Below, in pieces: positions 1 through 10,551 of a stretch of 64,000 bases of DNA; the stretch's first letter is position 1; every line of letters begins with the position of its first letter. The DNA is from Candidatus Dormiibacterota bacterium. GTDB taxonomy: Bacteria > Chloroflexota > Dormibacteria > Aeolococcales > Aeolococcaceae. The stretch is from NCBI GenBank assembly GCA_963709585.1, contig CAVPXI010000007.1, positions 352,001-416,000 on the forward strand, given 5' to 3'. The notes beneath the pieces are model-generated. The model did not search any database. It was not told the origin of the DNA and saw only the letters and a program-made list of their open reading frames with translations. The position numbers were made by a program, and so were the translations under genes.

Positions 1-945
1 GTCGACGAACGTGTCGTAGATGTCGTCGTGGACGAAGAGGCGCGTGCCCGATTCGCACATCTGGCCCTGATGGAAGAAGGTGCCGAAGAGCGCGCCGTCG
101 ACTGCGATGTCGAGGTCCGCGTCGGGGCAGACGATGTTCGCCGATTTACCACCGAGCTCGAGCGTCACCTTCTTGATGGTCGGGGCCGCGGCGGCGAGGA
201 TCTTGCGGCCGGTCGCCGTCGACCCGGTGAACGCGACCTTGTCCACGTCGGGGTTCTCGACCAGCTCGATCCCGGCGTCGACGCTGTCACCGGTGACCAC
301 GTTCAGCACACCTCTGGGCAGCAGCCCGGTCTCGTCGATCGCGCGTGCCACCGCGAGCGCGGTCAGCGGCGTCTGCGCGGCCGGCTTGAGCACGATCGAG
401 TTGCCCATCGCCAGCGCCGGGGCGATCTTCCACATCGCGAAGATGAGCGGGTAGTTCCACGGGATGATCCCGGCGCAGACTCCGACCGGCTCGCGCTGCA
501 CGAAGTTCCAGGACACGTACGGTGAGTTGATCCAGGGCAGTGGCTCGTACCAGGGGACGCCCAGCCCCTGCTCGGCCATGCTCCGGAACCACTCGATGGC
601 AAGCGGCACGTCGACCACGGATGTCTTGCGCAGCGCCGCGCCGGCGTTCTGAGACTCGAGCAGTCCCCAACCGTCGGAGACCTCCTGGAGGTGCTCGACG
701 ATCTGAAACATGATCTGGGTGCGCTGAAGTTGCGACTTGAGACGCCAGTCGCCGGCCTCGAAGGAGCGCCGCGCCGCCGCCACGGCTCGGCGCGCGTCGG
801 CCCTCGTGCTGGCGGGCGCGACAGCCATCACCTCTTCAGTGGAGGGATTGATCACACCGTAGGTGCGCCCGTCCTCGGCGCCCGTCCACTCGCCGTCGAT
901 GTACTGCTGATACGTCGCCACATCGGGTTCGACGATCGCCGTCAC
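1..945 (-). CDS. Aldehyde dehydrogenase (3' end runs off the window)
   Basis: Manual minus-strand translation: GTG at 945 with GGAGGT RBS, N-terminus YQQYIDGEW..INPSTEEV, LELGGKS motif and catalytic FHQGQMCESG. Confidence 0.9.
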   Translation of the reverse strand, partial: MTAIVEPDVATYQQYIDGEWTGAEDGRTYGVINPSTEEVMAVAPASTRADARRAVAAARRSFEAGDWRLKSQLQRTQIMFQIVEHLQEVSDGWGLLESQNAGAALRKTSVVDVPLAIEWFRSMAEQGLGVPWYEPLPWINSPYVSWNFVQREPVGVCAGIIPWNYPLIFAMWKIAPALAMGNSIVLKPAAQTPLTALAVARAIDETGLLPRGVLNVVTGDSVDAGIELVENPDVDKVAFTGSTATGRKILAAAAPTIKKVTLELGGKSANIVCPDADLDIAVDGALFGTFFHQGQMCESGTRLFVHDDIYDTFVD

Positions 946-1121
946 TGAGAACCTCCACCGCCGCCTGCCGGTCTTGACACCGGTGTCGATTATGCGTCGA
1001 CGCGGGCGCGGTTCCTGACGACCCGTGTGTCCGGCTGCGAATCGCCGATTTGTCCGTAGCGGGGATCTGGCGAACCCCTACGATACTGTCATTCTGCGAA
1101 CGCACATAGTGGAGTTGCGGC

Positions 1122-2426
1122 ATGGATCAGATCGAGTTCGCCGACGGCTTCGACCGCCCCGACACGCTGGCCTTCGGGCTCGGCGCCGGACAGCTCGCGG
1201 TGGTGATGGTGGGCGCGCTGGCCGCCTACTCGCTGGTGCGATCGCCGCTCCCACCATCAATTGTCGACCCGGCGGCGGCGGTGCTCGCTTCGGCGGCGGC
1301 AGGGCTCGGATGGCTGAGGATCGCCGGCCTGCCGGCGCTGGACTGGGCGCTGTTCGCTGGACGGTTTTGGATGCGGGCGCGACGCGGGACGACACGCTGG
1401 GAGCTCGCGGCGGCGGCGCCGGGCAGTGACACGGGTAGAGATGCCGGCGATGACGCGAGCCGAGCTGCCGGCGGTGACGCGGGCCGAGCCGCCGGCGACG
1501 ACCCTCAGCCCGCGGATGTGGCACCCGCAGATACCGGCGACGCTTCTCAGGCGCCGATCCTCGAGCTGTTTGGCCAGCGCGGCGTGTTCCGCGCGGGGCC
1601 GTCGAATCGATCGCCGGGATCCCGTCCGCCATCGCATCCGAACAAACCGCCATCCCTCCGGCCCGCGAGCCGCCCCGACGGCGCCCGCCGCGTGACGTTC
1701 TTCTCGCTGCGCGGCGGCACGGGACGCAGCACGCTTGCCACCGAGCTCACGTGCCTGCTCGCGGCGGCCGAGAGCGGAGACCAGCCCGCGCCCCGCGTCG
1801 CCCTCGTCGACCTCGATTTGCGCAGTCCGAGCGTCGGGGTCCGCCTCGGCACCCCGGAGCGAACGCTGCTCGACTACGCGCTCGCACCGCCCGAGGACCG
1901 CAGCGTCACCGATTTCATGGTCTGCCACGCGTCGGGCGCGCGTGTCTTGCTCGGACCGCAGAGGGCGGTGAACGCGGAGTGGCCGGTCACGCCCGCGCTG
2001 CTGCGCGAGATCCTCCGGGAGCTGGACATGGAGGGCTTCGAACTCGTGGTCCTCGACGTCTCGCCCGAGCTGTCCCCGCTCAACACCACCGCGCTCTGCG
2101 CCTGCGATGACGTCTTCGTGGTGGTCGTGCCCACTGCCGGCGGCGTCCAGGATGCCTACCGCAGCACCGAGGCGCTTCGCCGTCTCGGGCTGCGCCATCA
2201 ACTCCGCTACATCGTCAATCGGTCGCGGCCGGGGACGGACATGAGCGAGCCGATGGCCGACCTCGGCGGTCAGGTGATCGGCGACATCCCCGATGACGAG
2301 TTGGTGATCAGCGCCGAGAACGCCCACCGCCTCGTCGGTCTCGACGGCTCGGCGCCCGCGGCGATCGCGCTGCGCCGTCTCGCGCGCCGGGTCGGGAGCG
2401 AGCTGCGCGCCCCGTGGCCCGGCTGA
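1122..2426 (+). CDS. PrgI/VirB3-like membrane domain fused to a CpaE/MinD-type ATPase-like domain
   Basis: N-terminus DRPDTLAFGLGAGQL with two hydrophobic segments (PrgI-like); low-complexity linker; C-terminal FFSLRGGTGRST, VALVDLDL, VVLDVSP and IVNR motifs of the MinD/CpaE family. Confidence 0.7.
   Translation: MDQIEFADGFDRPDTLAFGLGAGQLAVVMVGALAAYSLVRSPLPPSIVDPAAAVLASAAAGLGWLRIAGLPALDWALFAGRFWMRARRGTTRWELAAAAPGSDTGRDAGDDASRAAGGDAGRAAGDDPQPADVAPADTGDASQAPILELFGQRGVFRAGPSNRSPGSRPPSHPNKPPSLRPASRPDGARRVTFFSLRGGTGRSTLATELTCLLAAAESGDQPAPRVALVDLDLRSPSVGVRLGTPERTLLDYALAPPEDRSVTDFMVCHASGARVLLGPQRAVNAEWPVTPALLREILRELDMEGFELVVLDVSPELSPLNTTALCACDDVFVVVVPTAGGVQDAYRSTEALRRLGLRHQLRYIVNRSRPGTDMSEPMADLGGQVIGDIPDDELVISAENAHRLVGLDGSAPAAIALRRLARRVGSELRAPWPG
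1443..1503 (+). repeat. Imperfect 24-bp tandem repeat (~2.5 units) in the interdomain linker
   Basis: GCCGGCGATGACGCGAGCCGAGCT / GCCGGCGGTGACGCGGGCCGAGCC / GCCGGCGACGAC, encoding AGDDASRA-AGGDAGRA-AGDD. Confidence 0.6.
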
Positions 2427-4613
2427 GCCCCCGAACCTGGCGCCTGCCGGCGGCCGGGCCTGGCACTCGCGTCCAGGATCGCGGTCCGGGGCGACCGCTG
2501 CGAGCATGCCGGGCTCGTCTCGGCCGTGCTCGCGACCAGCGAGCTCGACATCGATGCCCTCGACCCAGCGCGCAAGGCCGCGGCCTCGGCGTCGTTCGCC
2601 CGGATCTGTCACACGCTGCAAACCCCGATGCAGCTGCTCGTCCGGGTCCGCCTGCTCGCCGCCCCGGACGCACCGTCCGGTGACGGCCCGCACGCGCCGC
2701 TCGATGCCGCGATGCACCGCCACTGGACCGAGCAGGTCCGCGACGCGAACCGGTACACCCGCCAGGTCCTCGTCGCACTGAGCGCCGCGACTCCGGCGGC
2801 TCTCGACGCTGTCTGCGCGCAAGCGACCGATCGCCTTGCCGCGATCGGAGTCACGGCAGTGCGCCTCGATGGTGACGCGCTCTTCGCCACGATCACTGAC
2901 GGCTTCGAAGTCACAGTCAGCTGGTACGAGCAACCGAAGTACGCGGTCATCGGGGACGTGATCGCGCGCGGACACGCGCTGCGCCGTCTGCCCGGCCATC
3001 CCGTCGGCGCCGGATGGCTGGCACCACTGCTGAGTGTGCAGACCGAGTGCGACATCGCTGTGCATCTGGCGCCGGCATCACTCGGCGAGGCGCTCGGGCG
3101 TCTCAGCAGGCGTCTTCGCGATTTCTCCGCGCATCGCATGCTCGAGATGGAACGCGGTGCGCTCAGCGACGTGCATGTCGACATCGGGGTGGACTCGGCA
3201 ACGGCGCTTCGCGAGCGGCTCGCTCGCAACCAGGGACGTCCTCTGCATCTCTCGGTGATCGCCACCGTGCGTGGTGATTCCCACGACACCGTTGAGGCGC
3301 GAAGCGCGGCGCTCTGTCTCGGATTCGCGTCGTCGCTCATCGGCGTGGAAGCCACGCACTTCCGCCACATGGCCGCGCTGGTGAGCACGCTCCCGCTCGG
3401 CATCGAAGCGCTCGGAGCCGGCAAGCTCGTGGACTCGACGGCGGCCGCGACGTGCGTTCCCTGGGTCGAGGCCGGGTGCGCCGATCCCGGCGGCTACCGG
3501 CTCGGGGCGGCGATCCGGTCCGGACTGCCGGTGCGGGTCGCGCCCTTCGACACCGCGCGCCATCCCAACCCCAACATCGCCGTGTTCGCAGCCTCGGGTC
3601 ACGGCAAGAGCTTTGCGATCGGGACGCTGGTGCTCGAGGCGGCGGTCGCGGGCGTGAACTCGGTGATCATCGATCCCGAAGGCGAGTACCGCGGCCTCGT
3701 TAGCGCGCTGGGCGGGCGCTACCTCGAGCTGGCGCCGGGAACCGACGCCGCGGTCAACGTGTTCGAGGGCGCCGGCGATGACCCTGAGGAGGCGACGGCC
3801 GCGGTGGTCGATCTGGTCACCGTGCTGTGCGGCGATCAACTCGGCGAGGTCGAGCGCGCGCAGGTCGACGCTGCGGCGCGCGCAGGCTTGCAGCGTGCGG
3901 CAGGCGAACACCGGGTTCCGCTGCTCGAGGACTGCCTCTTGACGCTCGATGTCGATGCCCGTCCGGTTGCCGCGGTCGTGCGGCGTTTCTGCACCGGCGG
4001 CCTCGGCGCGTTGTTCAACCGGCCCACGTCGATAGCGGTCGATTCCGGCGTGTGTGCGATCTCGCTTCGCGACATGCCACCCGAGCACGTGGCGGCGGCG
4101 ACGCTGATCGTCGCGCGCTGGCTCTGGGAGTTGGTGCGACGCGATCGCCGTCGCCGGCACATCGTGTTCGATGAGGTTGGCGCGCTCTGCGTTCACCGGC
4201 CGCTGCGTGATCTGCTCGTGCAGCTCGCGCGGCGCTGCCGCAAGTACGGAGCGTCGCTCGTGGTGGCGACGCAGAACGCGCAGGACCTTCTCGGCAGCGA
4301 CGAGGGCAGCGTGATCGCGACCAACTGCGCGGTGGTGCTGCTCGGTGGTCATCGAGCCGCTGAAACCGCGCGAATGGAGCGCGCGTTCGGCCTCACCGAC
4401 GCGCAACGCGGCTTCCTCGAGACCGCATCTCGCGGCGAGTTCCTGTTGATCGCGGGCGATCGACGCGTTGCCATGCGCATCGAGGTTCCCGAGCTGCATC
4501 GGTCCATACTCACCGACGAAACTGATGCGTCATACCCCCTTGACGTCCGGCTTCCCGACTCGCAAGATATGGGGGCTCCCGGACGGCCGAGCCCCAAGAT
4601 ATGGGATCATTAG
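2414..4613 (+). CDS. VirB4/TraC-like ATPase (track ORF 2526..4613; probable true start GTG 2414 with a +1 indel near 2464)
   Basis: NPNIAVFAASGHGKS Walker A, IIDPEGEY, IVFDEV Walker B, RRCRKYGASLVVATQ; removing C2464 joins the 2414 frame to the 2526 frame. Confidence 0.8.
4560..4607 (+). promoter_or_regulatory. Tandem NrdR boxes upstream of nrdJ
   Basis: TCGCAAGATATGGGGG (4560-4575) and CCCCAAGATATGGGAT (4592-4607), 32 bp apart, resemble the NrdR box; TTGACG at 4540-4545 is a candidate -35. Confidence 0.7.
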
Positions 4614-4715
4614 GGTGATCTCAGCACGCGGAGATTGGGACAGCAAGCCGCCAGGGCGCCGTCCTGCACACGTCTTCGCACAATGAAGCGCCCACCAGAC
4701 AGAAGAGGAAAGACC

Positions 4716-7586
4716 GTGGATCGATCCGCCTCCAAACCCGTCCCAGACGACTCGCACAGCATCTCGATGGAACCGCCGTCGGGCCGTCGATCGAGTCGCA
4801 GAACCGGGACGGCGCAGGCACGGCTCGGCACCAAAGTTGAGGTTGAGGGCGGCGGTATCCACGTCGAGCGGCGCTTGACGCACGAGGGCGTGCATCCCTT
4901 CGACGAGGTCACCTGGGAAACGCGGACCGCGGCGATCGGCAACGAGAAGGGCGAGACCGTCTTCGAGCAGAAGGACTGCGAGATCCCGACATTCTGGTCA
5001 CAGATGGCCACAAACGTCGTGGTCAGCAAGTACTTCCGCGGCAAGCTCGGCACCCCGGGTCGTGAGCACAGCGTCAAGCAGATGATCTCGCGGGTTGCGG
5101 ACACGATCGGGAAGTGGGGCAGGGAAGGCGGCTACTTCGCCACCGAGACCGACGCCCAGGCCTTTCAGGATGAGCTCACCCACCTCTTGCTCCATCAGAA
5201 GATGAGCTTCAACAGCCCGGTGTGGTTCAACATCGGCGTCCCCGGCAGCAGGAATCAGGCGAGCGCGTGCTTTATCAACAGCGTCGAGGACACGATGGAG
5301 TCGATCCTCACGCTCGCCAAGACCGAGGGCATGCTCTTCAAGTACGGCAGCGGGACGGGGACCAACCTCTCCACGATTCGCTCCTCGACCGAGTCGCTCG
5401 CCGGCGGCGGCACCGCCAGCGGACCGGTATCCTTCATGAAGGGGTTCGACGCCTTCGCGGGTGTCATCAAGAGCGGTGGGACCACGCGGCGTGCCGCCAA
5501 GATGGTCATCCTCAACGCCGATCATCCCGATATCGAGGACTTCGTCACCTGCAAGGTGAGCGAGGAGCGCAAGGCGTGGGCGCTCATCGAGGGTGGCTAC
5601 GACAGCTCCTTCACCGGTGAGGCGTATTCGTCGGTCTTCTTCCAGAACAGCAACAACTCGGTGCGCGTGACCGACGAGTTCATGCGCGCCTTGCAGGACG
5701 ATCGCGACTGGCATCTGCGCGCGGTGACCAACTCCAACCGGATCCTCAAGACCGTCAAGGCCCGCGAGCTCATGCGTCTCATCGCCGAGTCGGCATGGCA
5801 GTGCGGCGATCCCGGCATGCAGTACGACACCACCATCAACGACTGGCACACGTCGGCGGCCACCGGGCGGATCAACGCCAGCAACCCCTGCAGCGAGTTC
5901 ATGTTCCTGGACGACACCAGCTGCAACCTCGCGTCGATCAACCTCACCAGGTTCCTCAACGACGACGGCTCGATCGACATCGAGGCCTACAAGCACGCGA
6001 TCCACATCACCATCACCGCCCAGGAGATCCTGGTCAGCAACGCCTCGTACCCCACCGAGAAGATCACAAAGAACAGCGAGGAGTTCCGGCCGCTCGGTCT
6101 CGGGTACGCGAATCTCGGTGCGCTGCTGATGGCCCGCGGCGTTCCCTACGACTCGCCGCAGGGTCGTGACCTCGCCGCCTGCCTCACCTCGATTCTCACC
6201 GGCGAGGCGTACGCGCAGTCCTCACGCATCGCCCGCGAGATCGGCCCGTTCAGCGGCTACGCCGCCAACCGCCAGCCGATGCTGCGCGTGGTCGGCAAGC
6301 ATCGCGAGGCCGCGTACAACATCCCAACCGACAACATCGAGCCCGATCTCGTCGGCGCCGCCCGGCACGCATGGGATGAGGCACACGAGCTCGGCGCGCG
6401 CCACGGTTATCGCAACGCCCAGGCATCGGTGCTCGCCCCCACCGGGACGATCAGCTTCATGCTCGACTGCGACACCACCGGCGTCGAGCCGGACATCGCG
6501 CTCGTCAAGTACAAGAAGCTCGTCGGCGGCGGGATGTTGAAGATGGTCAACGGCACCGTGCCGGCCGCGTTGCGCCGGCTCGGCTATGGCGAGACCGCGA
6601 TCGGGGACATCATCGCGTACATCGACGCCAACGACACCATCGAGGGCGCGCCGACGCTGCGCGATGAGGACGTCGCCGTCTTCGATTGTGCGTTCACACC
6701 ACAGAACGGCAAGCGCTCGATCACGTGGCAGGGCCACCTCCGGATGATGGCCGCAGTGCAGCCGTTCATCAGCGGCGCGATCTCGAAGACGGTGAACATG
6801 CCCAACGAGGCGACCGTTGAGGACATCGAGCGCGCGTACACCGACGGGTGGAAGCTCGGGCTCAAGGCGGTCGCGATCTACCGCGACGGCAGCAAGCGCA
6901 GCCAGCCGCTGGCGACGAGCATCGACAAGACGACGGGACACCGCGTCCAGGTCGTCGAGCGTCCGCTGCGCAAGCGTCTGCCGGCAGAACGCACCGCGAT
7001 CACCCACAAGTTCGAGGTCGGTGGCCACGAGGGATACATCACCGTCGGCCTCTACGAGGACGGCACACCCGGCGAGATCTTCCTGCGCATGGCCAAGGAG
7101 GGCTCGACGGTCAGCGGGCTCATGAACTCGTTCGCCACCGCCGTATCACTCGCCCTTCAATACGGCGTCCCGCTGCCGGCGCTCGTCGACAAGTTCTCGC
7201 ACACGCGCTTCGACCCGCAGGGGTTCACGCGCAACCCGGAAATCCCGATCGCCAAGTCGGTGATGGATTACATCTTCCGCTGGCTCGCGTCCCGCTTCCT
7301 GCCCCAGGAAGATCGCGACCGGCTCGGCATCATCCGCCGCGAGCCCGACGGCAGCGTGACCGAACCGGTGTCTGCTTCTGACGCCGCGATCGAGGCCATG
7401 GCACCGGTCGCGGTTGCTCCTTCCGCCGCGGCGCGCAAGCCGGTCGCCGCGATTCCCGTGACCAGCGCGGGCGCATTCATCAACCAGGAAGACGCACCCA
7501 CCTGCAGCGATTGCGGCAGCCTGATGGTGCGCAACGGCGCCTGCTACAAGTGCCACAACTGCGGAGCAACGAGCGGCTGCAGCTGA
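4716..7586 (+). CDS. nrdJ: Vitamin B12-dependent (class II) ribonucleotide reductase with C-terminal TSCPD and Zn-ribbon domains
   Basis: FNSPVWFN, ASACFI, NASNPCSE, LAPTGTIS, ISKTVN, YRDGSK and CSDC..CHNC motifs; GTG 4716 after GAGGA RBS. Confidence 0.95.
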   Translation: MDRSASKPVPDDSHSISMEPPSGRRSSRRTGTAQARLGTKVEVEGGGIHVERRLTHEGVHPFDEVTWETRTAAIGNEKGETVFEQKDCEIPTFWSQMATNVVVSKYFRGKLGTPGREHSVKQMISRVADTIGKWGREGGYFATETDAQAFQDELTHLLLHQKMSFNSPVWFNIGVPGSRNQASACFINSVEDTMESILTLAKTEGMLFKYGSGTGTNLSTIRSSTESLAGGGTASGPVSFMKGFDAFAGVIKSGGTTRRAAKMVILNADHPDIEDFVTCKVSEERKAWALIEGGYDSSFTGEAYSSVFFQNSNNSVRVTDEFMRALQDDRDWHLRAVTNSNRILKTVKARELMRLIAESAWQCGDPGMQYDTTINDWHTSAATGRINASNPCSEFMFLDDTSCNLASINLTRFLNDDGSIDIEAYKHAIHITITAQEILVSNASYPTEKITKNSEEFRPLGLGYANLGALLMARGVPYDSPQGRDLAACLTSILTGEAYAQSSRIAREIGPFSGYAANRQPMLRVVGKHREAAYNIPTDNIEPDLVGAARHAWDEAHELGARHGYRNAQASVLAPTGTISFMLDCDTTGVEPDIALVKYKKLVGGGMLKMVNGTVPAALRRLGYGETAIGDIIAYIDANDTIEGAPTLRDEDVAVFDCAFTPQNGKRSITWQGHLRMMAAVQPFISGAISKTVNMPNEATVEDIERAYTDGWKLGLKAVAIYRDGSKRSQPLATSIDKTTGHRVQVVERPLRKRLPAERTAITHKFEVGGHEGYITVGLYEDGTPGEIFLRMAKEGSTVSGLMNSFATAVSLALQYGVPLPALVDKFSHTRFDPQGFTRNPEIPIAKSVMDYIFRWLASRFLPQEDRDRLGIIRREPDGSVTEPVSASDAAIEAMAPVAVAPSAAARKPVAAIPVTSAGAFINQEDAPTCSDCGSLMVRNGACYKCHNCGATSGCS

Positions 7587-7614
7587 TTTCCTAGCACCTC
7601 CTCCCCTCTCGCCC

Positions 7615-7649
7615 GGGCCGCCTCCGAAACGCTTGGAGGCGGCCCTCTT
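7615..7649 (+). terminator. Intrinsic terminator hairpin after nrdJ
   Basis: GGGCCGCCTCC-9 nt loop-GGAGGCGGCCC followed by TCTT. Confidence 0.7.
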
Positions 7650-7860
7650 GCATTCCATCGGTTTCAATCTCGGGACCGCTCTGGCGGTGAAAGGTAGGAT
7701 CGGTACATGGTCCTCTCGTTGTGTCGGCTTGGGTAGCGCCGCTGCGGCGTCCCATCTTTGATGACCCTCCCAGGGGGTCTCTCGCGCGGGCCGTATCCAG
7801 AACTGGACGCGGCCCGTGGTGCGAGAGACGTGGAGTTGGCCGACTGGCCGGCGGGGCGCT

Positions 7861-8046
7861 TCAGGACGTGTTAAGTCCGCCCACCACGAGACGTTGTTCA
7901 TGCGCGCGGCGCACCATCCGGCGCGGCGCCAATCGCCGGAGAGCCCGGATGCGGTCCAGATTCGGCACCGCGATCATTGCGATCGCGACGAATGCAGAGG
8001 CGCCGGCTGCGAGGTCGATGTTGAGGAGGATTTCCGAGGCCGTCAT
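7861..8046 (-). CDS. Small membrane protein (61 aa)
   Basis: AAGGAG RBS before ATG; one hydrophobic segment and a basic tail. Confidence 0.5.
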   Translation of the reverse strand: MTASEILLNIDLAAGASAFVAIAMIAVPNLDRIRALRRLAPRRMVRRAHEQRLVVGGLNTS

Positions 8047-8155
8047 ATCAGTGCTCCTTGCGGACGGTTGTTGTTCGACACTGACGACGCTAACGACCAC
8101 CCCTCCACTCCGTCTTGGAGGTCTCTGGGAGTTCTCTCAGTCTTCAGGGCGGCGG

Positions 8156-8854
8156 CTAGCGAGCAATCGCTAACTCGCTCTCATACATCGTTGGATCCGC
8201 CAAATCCGCCTGCGCGAAGGCCTCACGGCGTTCGACACACGTGCCGCACGTCCCGCAATGCAACGCACCGCCCTTGTAGCACGACCAGGTTCGCTCGAAT
8301 GGAACCTTGAGCTCGTCGCCGAGCTTCACGATGTCGGTCTTGTTCATGGACAGAAACGGCGCGAGGATCTCGATACTCGCGAGCCCCTCGACGGCGATGT
8401 TGACCACCGCCTCGAATGCACGCACGAACTCCGGCCGACAGTCCGGGTAGATGAAGTGGTCGCCGGTGTGCGCGCCGAACGCGACCGCACCGGCTTCGCG
8501 TGTCACGGCGAGTGCGCATGCGATGCTCAGCATGATCGCGTTGCGGTTTGGCACGACCGTGATCTTCATGCTCTCGTCGGCGTAGTGGCCGTCGGGAATG
8601 GTCACGGTATCGTCGGTCAGTGCCGACCCGGTGAGCGAGCTCGTGAGTCCTGCCGCGTGCAGATCGATCAACGTCCACGGCGCATCGAGGTCGGCCGCCA
8701 TCCGCTCCGCGAACGCCAGTTCCTTGCGGTGACGCTGGCCGTAATCAAATGAGATGGCGATGACCGAGTACCCTTGGGCTCGAAGCGAGTAGGCCATGGT
8801 CGTGGAATCGAGTCCACCAGACACGACCGCGACGGTCCTCCGTTCAGCAGTCAC
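8156..8854 (-). CDS. queC: 7-cyano-7-deazaguanine synthase
   Basis: SGGLDST, FDYGQRH, VPNRN, YPDCRPEF, TWSCY..HCGTCGTC. Confidence 0.92.
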   Translation of the reverse strand: MTAERRTVAVVSGGLDSTTMAYSLRAQGYSVIAISFDYGQRHRKELAFAERMAADLDAPWTLIDLHAAGLTSSLTGSALTDDTVTIPDGHYADESMKITVVPNRNAIMLSIACALAVTREAGAVAFGAHTGDHFIYPDCRPEFVRAFEAVVNIAVEGLASIEILAPFLSMNKTDIVKLGDELKVPFERTWSCYKGGALHCGTCGTCVERREAFAQADLADPTMYESELAIAR

Positions 8855-9255
8855 GAGGGGCGTCGTCGGGGTCGGTGTACACGACGGTGTTCCGGGTCGT
8901 GGCAGAGTTCGAACACCTTGCCGTCCGGAGCGCGAAAGTGCTGCCAGGAATAGCCGCTCGCGCTGCCCTGCCGACCGCCGATCAGCTCGATGCCGGCCCG
9001 CCGCAACTCTTCGGTCGCCGCCTCGATGTCGTCGACAAGAAGTCCCGCGACGACCTCGCCGTGAGCGAATTGCTCAGGTGAACTGGGTCCGTCCGGCCCA
9101 AAGATCTCGACCTGGTCCCCGTTGGGCATGCGAAATACGACGAAGTCGTGCTGCTCGAGGACGGCCTGGAGACGGACGACGTCTCGGAAGAATCGGGCCA
9201 TTGCCGCGTAGTGGTCTGTCCTGACTCCGACCCAGCTCACACCTTCGATCCGCAT
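8851..9255 (-). CDS. VOC/glyoxalase family protein
   Basis: MRIEGVSWVGV..FFRDVV..VDDIEAA..FRAPDGKVFEL; GGAGG RBS; 4-bp overlap with queC. Confidence 0.8.
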   Translation of the reverse strand: MRIEGVSWVGVRTDHYAAMARFFRDVVRLQAVLEQHDFVVFRMPNGDQVEIFGPDGPSSPEQFAHGEVVAGLLVDDIEAATEELRRAGIELIGGRQGSASGYSWQHFRAPDGKVFELCHDPEHRRVHRPRRRPS

Positions 9256-9544
9256 GCGCAGCCTCCTTTGTTCGCTCTCAGATCCAGCCGCGACGCCGGA
9301 AGAAGAACAGCTGACCGTCGACTGTGAACAACGAGCGCATCGCACGGCGATCCTACGGTCTTGCGGCCGCACCCGGTCACGGACCGAATTGCGCCCATCC
9401 CCCTCGGAGCGTCAATCCTGATTCGACGGACGGGGCCGACCGGGCCGCGCATTCTCGGCCCGGCGACCCCTTCCGCCGCTCACCAGCGGTTGTTTGCTGC
9501 TAATAGCGGGCGCGGCCCGCTGCTCGGCACGTGCATGAAGCCGA

Positions 9545-9880
9545 TCAGGACCTCCTGCCGGCCATCAACTGACGCCAGCCTCTGACCTCGATTTCCACGC
9601 CGTGGCGCTTCGCCGCCGCGCGAATCCTGCGCCAGGCCCGGTCACGCTCCGCATCGCTCACGCCCTCGACCTGGTCGAACCTGGCGACCGCGTTGCGCAC
9701 GTGCGATGGATCGGTGAGCGGTTCCTTGCGCTCCGCTGGAAATGCGAAACGCTCGGTGCTCAACTTGTTGCGATCGCACTCGCGGGGCTCATTGCCGCGC
9801 TTGGGTGCCGCCTTGTGGCGGGCACGCTGGGCGGCCGTGATGTCGCTCCGCGCCGCTGATTTCTGCCGTTGCGTGGCCAT
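9545..9880 (-). CDS. DUF6582-like small basic protein
   Basis: FAFPAERKEPLTDPSHVRNAVARFDQVEGVSD motif; GGAGG RBS. Confidence 0.7.
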   Translation of the reverse strand: MATQRQKSAARSDITAAQRARHKAAPKRGNEPRECDRNKLSTERFAFPAERKEPLTDPSHVRNAVARFDQVEGVSDAERDRAWRRIRAAAKRHGVEIEVRGWRQLMAGRRS

Positions 9881-10176
9881 GGCGATGACCTCCAAGTGGG
9901 CTCGTGCTTATAGAGAACCTATCACTAAGTATGATGCCGGACTGTAGGCGAAATCGCAAGGGCCTTCACTGGCACCTGCGGGACGAGCCCTACCCGCGCC
10001 GGGCGCCGGCGCCCACTCGGCTGAGCTCGTGTGGATTGGGTGGATAACTCGGTGGAAAAGGTATACCGGGCGTACCAGATTTCGACTCAGCCGGAGCGCA
10101 GCCGGGCCGCCAGGTCGAGGGCGTTGCGACCGCACTGCCGGTGGTGTCGTCGTTCCGGTCGTCCCGGGAGCCGCGA

Positions 10177-10512
10177 TCAGTCGAAGCGGTCGCCGTAGTC
10201 GAGGCGGTGCGGGCGCAGCGCGTCAAGCAGCGAACCCTGCCACGAGAGCAACGCGTCGTGCAGCCTCGCCCCCGACCTCGCGCTCCAGACCGCGGCCGGT
10301 GCGCGGACGGCGGTGACGCGCTCCAGCTCGGCGATCGCTGCCATCACGCCCGAGGGCACGCCGCGCTGCATCTTGACGTTCTGGGCCTCCACTGACTCGA
10401 GGAGATCCTCGAAGTCCTGCAGCTGGCGGGCGCTTTCCCGCCGTTCGTGCTCGAAGCTGAGCGAGGTTGCTCGGGCGAGGCTGCCTTCGTAGATGGCGCT
10501 GGCGATGCCCAT
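10177..10512 (-). CDS. Hypothetical protein (111 aa)
   Basis: ORF with GAGGA RBS and a strong upstream promoter. Confidence 0.6.
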   Translation of the reverse strand: MGIASAIYEGSLARATSLSFEHERRESARQLQDFEDLLESVEAQNVKMQRGVPSGVMAAIAELERVTAVRAPAAVWSARSGARLHDALLSWQGSLLDALRPHRLDYGDRFD

Positions 10513-10551
10513 GGATGTGTCCTCGTAGCTGTCGGTAAAGGTGATAGTGAT

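Noticed and set aside
8156-8854. queC as part of a Dpd or Qat defence system explaining the GASTC errors
   Set aside because: The protein is canonical QueC and no dpd or qat genes are in the window.
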